From: Candidatus Eiseniibacteriota bacterium
Lineage (GTDB): Bacteria > Eisenbacteria > RBG-16-71-46
Assembly (NCBI GenBank): GCA_963725865.1
Contig: CAVSAC010000010.1
Location: forward strand, 832,001-896,000
Reading direction: 5' to 3'
DNA length: 64,000 nt
The notes beneath the pieces were generated by a model. It had not been told where the DNA came from and did no database searches. It saw only the letters and a list, made by a program, of their open reading frames with translations. Made by a program: the position numbers and the translations under genes. Positions 38,248 to 47,143 of this stretch are shown here, piece after piece; positions within the stretch are counted from its first letter, which is position 1, and every line of letters starts with the position of its first letter.

Positions 38248-40418
38248 ATGGCTTCCGTGTCGATCCGCGCGTGGACGCGGCCGCTGCGCGCGGGATTCGC
38301 GCTCGCGCTGACAGCCGCGGCATGCGCCGCTCCCGCGTGCGCGCAGCCGCTCGCCGAGTCGATCGGCGATCGCATCGTGCGCTGCTGGCCGGACTCCGCC
38401 GCCCGCGCGGATGCGCGCCCCTCGCTGATGCTGGCGGACCGCGCCGGTGGTGCGCGGCCCCGCCCCCGCCGCGCGCGCGGTGCTGCCGGAGTTCGCGCTC
38501 GAGGCCGGCGCGCCGCGTCGCGCGCATCGCGATCGCGCGCGGCACCACGCTCTACGGCACCGGCGAGGTCGCCGGGCCGCTGGCGCGCAACGGGCGCACC
38601 GTGATCCTGTGGAACACCGACGCGTACGGCTGGAACGACGCCGCGCTCTCGCTCTACCAGTCGCACCCGTGGGTGCTCGCGGTGCGCGCGGACGGCAGCG
38701 CGTTCGGCGTGCTGGCCGACGTGGCCGGCCGCCCGGTGATCGACCTGACGCGCGGGATCGAGTTTCGCGCGCAGGGGCCGGCGTTCGCGGTGATCACGAT
38801 CGCGCGCGGCTCGCCCGACAGCGTGGTGATGGCGCTGGCCGAGCTGACCGGGCGGATGCCGCTGCCGCCCAAGTGGGCGCTCGGCTACCAGCAGTGCCGC
38901 TTCTCGTATGCGCCGGACTCCGAGCTGGTGCGGGTGGCGCGCGAGTTGCGCGCGCGGCGCATCCCGTGCGACGTGATGTGGATGGACATCGACTACCAGG
39001 AACACAACCGCTCGTTCACGTTCGATCCGCGCGGCTTCCCCGATCCGGGTGCTCTGAACCGCTGGCTGCACGCGAACGGCTTCCACTCGGTGTGCATCGT
39101 GGACCCTGGCATCGCGGCGCAGCCGGGCTACTCCGTCTACGACCAGGGCAGCGCGGGCGACCACTGGGTGAAGGACGCGGGCGGCGCCGACTGGCACGGC
39201 AAGGTGTGGCCCGGCGACTGCGTGTTCCCCGACTTCACGCGCGAGGCCACGCGGCGCTGGTGGAGCGGCCTGATCGGCGGCTTCGTCGCGAGCGGCGTCG
39301 ACGGGATCTGGAACGACATGAACGAGCCCGCGATCTTCGACGTGGCCTCGAAGACCATGCCCGAGACCAACCGCCATCGCGCCGACGACGCGCTCGGCGG
39401 ACCCGGCACGCACCAGCGCTACCACGACGTCTACGGCCTGCTGATGGCGCGCGCCACCTACGACGGGCTGCTCGGCGCGCGGCCCGAGCGGCGTCCGTTC
39501 GTGCTGTCGCGCGCGAACGCCCTGGGCGGTCAGCGCTGGGCCGCGGCGTGGACCGGCGACAACGCCGGGACGTGGCCGCACCTGCGCTGGTCGGTGACCA
39601 TGGCGCTCAACCTCGGGCTCTCGGGCCAGCCGTTCGCGGGCGCCGACATCGGCGGCTTCGCGGGCCCCACCGAGCCCGCGCTGTTCGCGCGCTGGATGGG
39701 CGTCGGGGCACTGCTGCCGTTCGCGCGCGGCCACGCCGAGAAGGGCGCCGTGCGCAAGGAGCCGTGGAGCTTCGGTCCCGCGGTCGAGGCGACCTGCCGC
39801 CGCGCGATCGAGACGCGCTACCGGCTGCTGCCCTACCTCTACACCGCGTTCCGCGAGGCCGCGACGAGCGGGCTGCCGGTGGTGCGCCCGGCGTTCTTCG
39901 CCGATCCGGCCGATCCGCTGCTGCGGCGCGAGGAGCAGACGTTCCTGCTCGGCGGCGACCTGCTGGTGGTCGCGGACCTCGACGAGGACCACCAGCACGC
40001 CGGCGTGCTGCCGCGCGGGACGTGGCGCGCCGCGCCGATCGCGGCCGCGCGCGAGGACGGCACTCGCGATCCCGACCTGCCCACGCTGCGCGTGCGGGCC
40101 GGCGCAATCGTACCGCTCGGCCCGGTGCTGCAGTTCGCCGACGAGCGCCCGCTCGATGAGGTCACGCTGCTCGTGAGCCTCGATGATCGCGGGCGCGCCC
40201 GCGGCAGCCTGTACGAGGACGCCGGCGACGGATTCGGCTACACGCGCGGCGAGTACCGCCTGACGCGCTTCGAGGCGCGCGTCGAGGGCGGCGTGCTGCG
40301 GATGAGCGAGACCCACGAGGGCGCGTGGGTCCCGCCCGCCGGCCGGCGCTACGCCGTCAGCGTGCTCCGCGAAGAGCGCGATCCGGCGCCCCGCGTGACG
40401 CGGGTCGTCGGGCTCTAG
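38248..40418 (+). CDS. GH31 alpha-glucosidase; two apparent frameshifts near 38443 and 38510
   Basis: LYQSHPW, LPPKWALGYQQCRFSY, WMDIDY, GIWNDMNEP (nucleophile), WTGDN (acid/base), GADIGGF, LYEDAGDG; the signal peptide lies in another frame. Confidence 0.9.
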
Positions 40419-40422
40419 GCAC

Positions 40423-40574
40423 GCCGCGGTGCGGCGGCATCCGGGGGCCGGCAGCGGTGCGTCCGAGGCGCGACGCAGCCAGGATGGCGAAGTCGCGCCT
40501 GGATGCAGCGAGGCGGAGCAGGATGCGGAGCCGAGCGGGCCGCTGCCGGCCCCCGGATGCCGCCGCGCCACGGC
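40423..40574 (+). repeat. Structured intergenic element: 27-bp perfect terminal inverted repeat enclosing a long inner hairpin and two CAGGATG motifs
   Basis: Arms 40431-40457 and 40540-40566, extendable imperfectly to 40423/40574; inner stem 40458-40474 pairs with 40492-40507. Confidence 0.85.
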
Positions 40575-40591
40575 CCCCTTCACTGCGACGC

Positions 40592-42221
40592 TCACTCGGG
40601 CGGCGCGAACCCCCGCGCGCGCAAGTGCTCGGCCACCGCGTCGCTCGCGAGCGCCTCGGGTGCCTCGCCCCAGCGATTGAACGAGGGCTCGCGAGCCGAG
40701 CCCGCGTCCAGCAGCAGGTCGACCACCGCGAGGTAGTCGTCGTCGGCCTCGCGACAGTTGACGGAGCCGTGCGACGCCCACGCGATCGGCGAGCTGCCGT
40801 ACTGGCGGTCGCGCACGTCCACCGGCGCACCGGCCTCCAGCAACGCGCGCACCGCCTCGACGTGGCCTCGCCAAGCGGCCTGGTGGAGCGCGGTGCCCGC
40901 CCACTCGCCCTCGCGCGCCGGGTCGAAGCCCAGCGCGAGCAACGCGCGCACCGCCCCTGCCCGTCCGCCGGCGGCGGCGTGCACCAGCGCGTCCTGCTCC
41001 TCGGGCGGCAGCGCCTCGATCAGCCCGGGATGCGCGTCGCGGATCCGTCGCGCCTCGGCCACGTCGCCGACCGCGCACGCGCTCAGCAGCGCGTCGACCG
41101 GCCGCAGCGGATCCACCGCGGCGCCGCGCGCGCGCAACACGTCGGCGACCGCGCGGTTGCCGGCGCGCATCGCCAGCTCGTAGGGCGTGCGGCCATCGGC
41201 GCGCGGCCGCGCAGGATCGGCGCCGTGCGCGAGCAGCATCTCGGCCACCTCGGCACCGCGTCCGAACTCCGCGATGCGGTGCAGCGGAACCTCGCGGCTC
41301 CGGTAGCTCGGCACGTTGGGATCCGCGCCGTGCTCGAGCAGCCACCGCATGCCCGAGGTGGCGACCGTTGTCCGATGGTTGAGCTCGCGGTAGCCGGCGA
41401 GGAAGTACAGCACCGTGTTGGTCCAGTGCGGATGCTCGCCGGAGAGATCCGCGCCGTGCGCGAACAACAGCTCCAGCACCTCGCGGTGATCGTGTTCGGC
41501 GGCGTGATAGACGGATTCGCCGTCGTTGGGCTCGGCGCCGTGCTCGAGCAGCAGCTTCACGAGCCCCGCGTTGCCCAGAGTGCTGGCGCGGTAGAGCACC
41601 GGGAGCTTCTCGCCCATCTCGCCCGGGCCGGGCGCCGTGAACGTGTTCGCGTCGGCGCCCAGCGCGAGCAGCCGCTCGGCGATCGCCACGCTGGCCGCGG
41701 CATGCTCCGCGTCGATCACCGACAGCGGCGAGCCCGCCACGCACTCGATCGGCCGCCAGCCCTCGGCACCCGGGAACGGCGCGGTCGCCTGCTGCGGGTC
41801 GCGCGCGAGCCACGCCTCGACCGCCGCGGCGTCGCACGCCGCGCACGCCGCGTACAGGCTGGTGCGCGCGACCTCGGGGAACTGCGCGAGCACCCGGCGC
41901 ATGGTCGTCGCCGTCGCCTTCGGGCAGCGCTCGCAGGAAGCGCTTGACCTGCACGAGGAACGGCTCGAGCGCCTGCAGGTGGTGCTTGAGCGCGGCCCAG
42001 TTCTCCTGCTGCGCCTCGCGCGCGAGCGCGTGCTGCACGTCGGCGAGGCGCACCTCGCGCGCGACCGTGACGGCGTCCATCGCCGCGAGGCGCGGCAGCT
42101 GTGCCTGCACGCGCGCCAGTGCGGCGGCGTCGCCGGCGCGGCACGCGCGCAGGAGCTGCTTGGAGATTCCGCGGATGCGTTCGAACGTGGGAGCCGACGG
42201 CTCCCGGTCGGGACCGGACAT
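40592..42221 (-). CDS. Ankyrin repeat protein with an N-terminal helical domain; apparent frameshift near 41912
   Basis: Repeats LLALGADAN, LLEHGAEPN, LLEHGADPN, TALHQAAWRG; N-terminus FERIRGISKQLLR..LADVQHALARE..WAALK; GGAGG at 42234-42230. Confidence 0.85.
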
Positions 42222-42377
42222 GCTACGAGCCTCCAGATCGCCCGTGTCCGCACGGTGGGGCAGAAGGTTCGTAGACATCGTGGTCGGTGCTGCAGGTCAG
42301 GTGGGAGTGTCCCTATCCGCGGACCGGATGCGCCCTGCGCGCGCAACTACGATGCCGAACGTTGGCGCGCGATGCAA
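42219..42377 (-). promoter_or_regulatory. Promoter (TTGCAT-17-CATCGT) and candidate structured cis-regulatory 5' leader of the ankyrin gene
   Basis: A long hairpin at 42220-42278 pairs the SD and start codon; complementary loop sequences GUCCGC and GCGGAC. Confidence 0.55.
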
Positions 42378-42463
42378 CGGCGAAATCGCGGGGCGATGAG
42401 CGCCCGGACCCGGCGGGCGCGGACGCGGGCGCCTTCACGCCACACCGCGCTCCTCCTTCCCCC

Positions 42464-45454
42464 TTACCGCCAGTCGCCGGCCGCCACGAACGCGGCCCAG
42501 TAGTACGGGTGATCGCTCTCCCCCGCCGCGCGGCGCTCGCGCAGCACCGCGCGCTGGGCCTGCTGCACCGCCTCGGCGGCGCCCAGGTGGCGGCCGAACC
42601 GCGCGCCGTAGAGCGCGTCCATCCAGCGCTCGGTCGCATCGTCGGCCACCGCCCACAGACTGGAGACCAGCGTGTGGACGCCCGCGATCGCGAAGCCGCG
42701 CCGCAGCCCCAGTACGCCCTCGCCGTCCTGGATCTCGCCCGCGCCGCTCTCGCAGGTCGAGAGCACCGCCCACTCCACGCCCTCGAGGTCGAGTGTCGAG
42801 ACCTCGGCCGCGGTGAGGATGCCGTCGTCGTCGCCCGCCGCGAGGCGGTCGCGCAGGTTGGCGCCCGCCAGCGCCACGCCGGCGCGCAGCAGCGGGTCCT
42901 CGAGCGCGAGCGAGTCGAGCCGGTCGCGCCGGGCGCACGCGGCGTCGAGCAGGAAGCCGTGGGTGGCCAGGTGCAGCACCCGATGCCCGGGCGCCAGCGC
43001 GCGCAGCGAGCGCTCGTCCGCGCCGTCGCCGACCAGCGTGCGCACGTCGCGGTCGGCGCACGCGCCGCTCCAGCGCCGGCCCACGTCGGCGGCCTCCTCG
43101 CGCGCGCCGGGCAGCGGCGCGAATCGCAGCGAGCGGAACGCCTCGCACGCCGACTGGGCGCCGCGCTCGCGCGCGGCATCCGCGGAGCCGCGCGCCGCGG
43201 GCCGCGGCGCGCGATCGAACTCGGGCGCCGCGACGACGAGCAGCCCGCGCCCCGGCGGATCCGGCGGATCGGCGGCGACCGCGTCGCGCTCGGCGCCCAG
43301 CAGGTGGATCGGCGGCCCGTGCTCGGCCTCGAAGCCACCGCGTGGCGCGGGCAGCGCCGCGAACGGCGCGCGCTGCAGCAGACCGTCCGGCACCACCAGC
43401 ACGCGCGCGGCCCCGGCGCAGGCGGGCTGCAGCGGGTCCCACACCCGGGCGCGCACCCGCGCGCCCGCGTCGCGGCAGCGCCGCTCGGCGGCGGCGCGCC
43501 CGAGCGGCGACGGGCGCGTGGCGAGCGCGGCCAGCCACTCGCGCAGCGGCGGCTCGAGCGTCGTGGCCTCGCCGAGCGCGATCACTCGCGGCGGTACCCC
43601 GGCCGGCCCGCGCACGAACGCCAGGTAGCGCGCCGCGCCGCGCGCGATCCCGCGCCGCGGCACGTGGGCGTAGCGCGCGAACGCCACCAGCGCGTCGCGA
43701 GGGCCGAGGGCCACCGCCACCGAGTCGTAGCCCGCGAGCGCGCGGCGGGAGTCGCCGCGCTCGTGCGCGCTGCGAGCGGCGAGCGCCAGCTCGAGCCGCT
43801 CGCGCGTCTCCCACAGCGCCGCGATCCGGGCGCGCCGGGCGGAGTCCACGACAGCGTCGCTCCCGCTCGCGAGCAGCCCGGCGAGCTGCTCGCTCGCGCT
43901 CCCCAGCGAATCCGCCAGCGCCCGCGCGAGCGGATCCGCGCTGGTCACCACCGCGTGGTGGCGGCGCGCCATCTCGTCCATCACCAGCGCGCGCGAGCGC
44001 ACCAGCGTGTCCCACGCGCGGCGCACCACGCCGGCGTCGTCCGGATGCTCGGCCGCCAGCGTCAGCACCAGGTCGAGGCCCGAGGGCCGCGTGCGCGCGT
44101 AGCGCAGCGCCAGGCGCTCCTCGACGCCGCGCGCGGTCAGCCGCAGATGATCGGTCGCGATGCGCTCGGCGCGCACCGCCTCCTCGAGCGCCGCCGCGTC
44201 GTCGCCCTGCGCGCGGTGGGCGCGCGCGAGATCGGCGAGCGACTCGGCGAGATCGGGATGGTCGGCCCCGGTCGCGCGCTCGTGGATGGCGCGCGCGCGC
44301 TGGAACGCGGCCACAGCCGCGGCCGCGTCGTCGGACGCCAGCGCCAGGTTGCCAAGCACCTCGAGGCTGCGGGCGACCTCGGGATGGTCGGGCCCGTAGG
44401 CCGCCTCGCGGATCGCCAGGCCGCGCAGCAGGTGCGGCCGCGCCCGCGCGGTGTCGCCGGTCGCCAGCTCGAGCGCGCCGAGGTCGTTGAGCGCGATGCC
44501 GAGCGAAGCGTGGCGGGCCCCCAGCACCGAGTCGCCGATCGCCAGCGCCTCGCGCAGATCCGCGAGCGCCGCGGTGGTGTCGCCGTCCTCCGCCTCGACC
44601 GCCGCCAGGTTGGTCAGCACGAACGGCACGTAAGGGTGGCGCGGACCGTACGCGTTGCGCACCAGCGCGAGGTCGCGCTGCAGCAGCGCGCGTCCGGCCG
44701 CGGGGTCGCCCATGGTCGAGAGCAGGTTCGCCAGGTTGTTGAGGTTGAACACCAGGTCGCGGTGGGTCGGCCCCAGCGCCCGCTCGCGGATCGCCAGCGC
44801 CTCGCGATACAGCGCGCGGGCCTCCGACCAGCGCCCGATCTTGCGGTCCATCACGCCGAGGCTGTTGAGCGCGTTGCCGTACTCCGCGCCCTCGCGCCCG
44901 TAGAGGCTCTCGGCCGCCGCGATGCTGCGCCGGTACAGCTCGCTGGCGGCCGCGAAGTCGGCGCGCTCCTCCTCGATGTTCGCGAGGTAGCGCAGCCCCC
45001 GGTAGACGTCGCGGTCGCGCGGTCCGCGCGTGCGCTCGCAGAGGTCGAGCCCGGCGCGCGCCCACGTGCGGGCGGGGTCCAGCTCGCCGCGGCGGTAGAG
45101 CAGCCGCGCGAGTGTGATCATGCTGGCGCCGGCCGCGGCGCTGCTGTCGCCGCGGGCGCGCTGCCAGGCGCGCACCGCGCGCTCGCCGATCGCGGGCGCG
45201 TCGTCGCCCCAGTGACCGTTCTCGAGCAGCACGTCGGTCAGCACGTCGAGCGCGCGGGCCCGCGCGCTGTCGGGCGCCGCAGCCTGCTCGAGCTTGGCCA
45301 GCCAGTGCCGCGCGCGCGCCTCGGCGTCGGCGCCGTCGACGCGGACGCGGGCACGCAGCGCCGCGGCGGAGTCCGCCAGCGCGTCGGCGCGCGCGGGCGC
45401 CGCGGGCGCGAGTGCGGCGAGCAGCAGCGCCAGCGCCGCCGCGAGCGGCCTCAC
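42464..45454 (-). CDS. Exported TPR-CHAT domain protein (caspase-like clan CD protease)
   Basis: Signal peptide; kinesin-light-chain-type TPRs (ALAIRERALGPTH..LNNLA); VPDGLL..PFAAL, HLATHG (His), VLSTCESG (Cys), SLWAVAD, HPYYWAAF; GTG overlaps the sigma stop. Confidence 0.92.
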   Translation of the reverse strand: MRPLAAALALLLAALAPAAPARADALADSAAALRARVRVDGADAEARARHWLAKLEQAAAPDSARARALDVLTDVLLENGHWGDDAPAIGERAVRAWQRARGDSSAAAGASMITLARLLYRRGELDPARTWARAGLDLCERTRGPRDRDVYRGLRYLANIEEERADFAAASELYRRSIAAAESLYGREGAEYGNALNSLGVMDRKIGRWSEARALYREALAIRERALGPTHRDLVFNLNNLANLLSTMGDPAAGRALLQRDLALVRNAYGPRHPYVPFVLTNLAAVEAEDGDTTAALADLREALAIGDSVLGARHASLGIALNDLGALELATGDTARARPHLLRGLAIREAAYGPDHPEVARSLEVLGNLALASDDAAAAVAAFQRARAIHERATGADHPDLAESLADLARAHRAQGDDAAALEEAVRAERIATDHLRLTARGVEERLALRYARTRPSGLDLVLTLAAEHPDDAGVVRRAWDTLVRSRALVMDEMARRHHAVVTSADPLARALADSLGSASEQLAGLLASGSDAVVDSARRARIAALWETRERLELALAARSAHERGDSRRALAGYDSVAVALGPRDALVAFARYAHVPRRGIARGAARYLAFVRGPAGVPPRVIALGEATTLEPPLREWLAALATRPSPLGRAAAERRCRDAGARVRARVWDPLQPACAGAARVLVVPDGLLQRAPFAALPAPRGGFEAEHGPPIHLLGAERDAVAADPPDPPGRGLLVVAAPEFDRAPRPAARGSADAARERGAQSACEAFRSLRFAPLPGAREEAADVGRRWSGACADRDVRTLVGDGADERSLRALAPGHRVLHLATHGFLLDAACARRDRLDSLALEDPLLRAGVALAGANLRDRLAAGDDDGILTAAEVSTLDLEGVEWAVLSTCESGAGEIQDGEGVLGLRRGFAIAGVHTLVSSLWAVADDATERWMDALYGARFGRHLGAAEAVQQAQRAVLRERRAAGESDHPYYWAAFVAAGDWR

Positions 45455-46005
45455 GCGTCCGCCCGACCCAGGCGCCGGCGCAGCGACTGCATGCACTGGA
45501 ACATCCGCACCCGCAGCGTGGACTCGTTGCGGTCCTCGCGCCGCGCGATCTCGGCGTAGGCGAGCCCCTCGAGGAAGTGCTGGCGGATCAGCTCGCGGCA
45601 TGCGGCGCCCAGCGCCCGCAGCGCCACCAGCAGGCGCGCTCGCTCGTCGCTCGCCACCGCGCGCTCGAGCGGCCCGGGCGCCTGATCGACGAGCGACTCG
45701 TCGGGCGGCACCTGCGGGCGCCGCCTTCGCAGGCGGTCGATGCAGCGCGCCGACGCCACGGTGCGGACCAGCGCATGCAGTCCGTGGGTGAGCCGGAAGT
45801 CCGGGCGCGCGACGAGCTGCCAGAGGGCCGCCAGCGTGTCCTGCACCGCGTCGTCACGCTCCTCGGCGCTGAGGCCGAACCCGCGGAAGTACACCACGGT
45901 GCGCGCCCACCGCTCGACCGTGCGGCAGGCCGCGGCCTCGCCGGCGGCGAAATGCCGCACCAGTGCCCGTTCGTCGTCGTGGGGTGCCGGGATCGACGGG
46001 TCCAT
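45451..46005 (-). CDS. ECF RNA polymerase sigma factor
   Basis: Region 2 DDAVQD..CIDRLRRR; region 4 CRELI..EGLAYAEIA..TLRVRMFQC; 184 aa. Confidence 0.9.
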   Translation of the reverse strand: MDPSIPAPHDDERALVRHFAAGEAAACRTVERWARTVVYFRGFGLSAEERDDAVQDTLAALWQLVARPDFRLTHGLHALVRTVASARCIDRLRRRRPQVPPDESLVDQAPGPLERAVASDERARLLVALRALGAACRELIRQHFLEGLAYAEIARREDRNESTLRVRMFQCMQSLRRRLGRADA

Positions 46006-46166
46006 GGGGTTCCCCGGTGGCGGTCGGCGCGGCCCTCGACCGGCTGCCGGGCGAGTATAAACATCCGGCGCCCTGCTGCGACGAGGAGTCGGGAGCGGCG
46101 GGGATGGTTCTGGACCGGGCCGGGGGCGGGTGTTTCACTGGCCGGGCACCGCACCAGGGAGGACGC

Positions 46167-47072
46167 ATGGACCACGACGACGCCTCGCAGCGCCTCACCG
46201 ACTGGGTGGCCGGCCGGCTCGCCGAGCCCGACGCCGCGGCGGTGGCGGCGCACGTGGCCGGCTGCGCGGCTTGTCGCGAGGTGGCCGAGGCGGTCCGCGG
46301 CGTGCGCGCGGCGGTCGCCGAGCACGGCGAGCACCTGTTCTCGGCGCATCCGCTGCCGGAGGCGTTGGCGCGCTTCGCGCTCGCACCTGACGCGGTCGCG
46401 CTGCCCGAGCTGAGCGCACTGCGCGGCCACCTCGCCGCGTGTCCGACCTGTGAGCGCGAGCTGGCGCTGGTGCGCGCGGCGAACGGGCCCGCGCCACTGC
46501 GGGCATTGCGGGCGTGGGTGCCGGCGCGCGGGGCGGGTGCGGCGCTGCTGCGCCCGGCGCTCGCGGTGCTGGTGGCGCTGCTGGCGGTGCCGGCCTGGCT
46601 GGGCATCGTCGAGCTGCCGCGCGAGCGGGCGCGGGCGCGGCAGGCCGTGCGTGAGGCGGCGGTCGCGCCCGCCCCGGTCGCGCGCGAGGCGGCGCCCGCG
46701 TGGGCGGGTGGGGCAGTGGACCTGCTGGTACTGAGCGCCCCCACGCGCGGAGCGGAGGGCGAAGTACCGCTCGTGCGCCTGCGGCCGGGCCAGCCGGCGG
46801 TGCCGCTGCTCGTCGAACTGGCGCGGCCGCGCGCCGACTCGCTGACGCTGCGCGCGATCGACGCCGCCGGGGTCGCGGCCTGGAGCCTGACCACCGCGCG
46901 GGACGAGCTGTGGGACGTCCGCCACGGCGGCCTGAGCGCGCTGGTGCCGGCCGCGGCACTCGGCGCGGGTGCCTACCGGCTCGAGGTGGCACCCGCCGGC
47001 GGCGGCGCGCCGCTGCTGGTGGCGCGCTTCCGGGTCGCGGCGGCCGCCGCGCGCGGGCCCCTCACCCCCTAA
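46167..47072 (+). CDS. Membrane-anchored anti-sigma factor with two zf-HC2 (ZAS) motifs
   Basis: HVAGCAAC and HLAACPTC; TM segment LAVLVALLAVPAWLGIV; beta-rich C-terminal domain (GAYRLEV); GGGAGG before ATG. Confidence 0.85.
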   Translation: MDHDDASQRLTDWVAGRLAEPDAAAVAAHVAGCAACREVAEAVRGVRAAVAEHGEHLFSAHPLPEALARFALAPDAVALPELSALRGHLAACPTCERELALVRAANGPAPLRALRAWVPARGAGAALLRPALAVLVALLAVPAWLGIVELPRERARARQAVREAAVAPAPVAREAAPAWAGGAVDLLVLSAPTRGAEGEVPLVRLRPGQPAVPLLVELARPRADSLTLRAIDAAGVAAWSLTTARDELWDVRHGGLSALVPAAALGAGAYRLEVAPAGGGAPLLVARFRVAAAAARGPLTP

Positions 47073-47143
47073 ACGCCCGCGCGCCTGCCGCGACCAGCAC
47101 CGGGAACACCGTTCCCTCGTGCTCTCGGACGCGGAGGCCCCTC

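Noticed and set aside
35940..42278. 2112-aa ORF suggesting a giant fusion ending in MATE
   Set aside because: It is chance stop-free read-through from the frameshifted ankyrin N-terminus, across antisense GH31 sequence, into the MATE frame.
42464..47072. Type III-E CRISPR (Craspase) locus
   Set aside because: There is no Cas7-11, cas gene or repeat-spacer array, and the CHAT protein has a signal peptide. The link is an analogy only.
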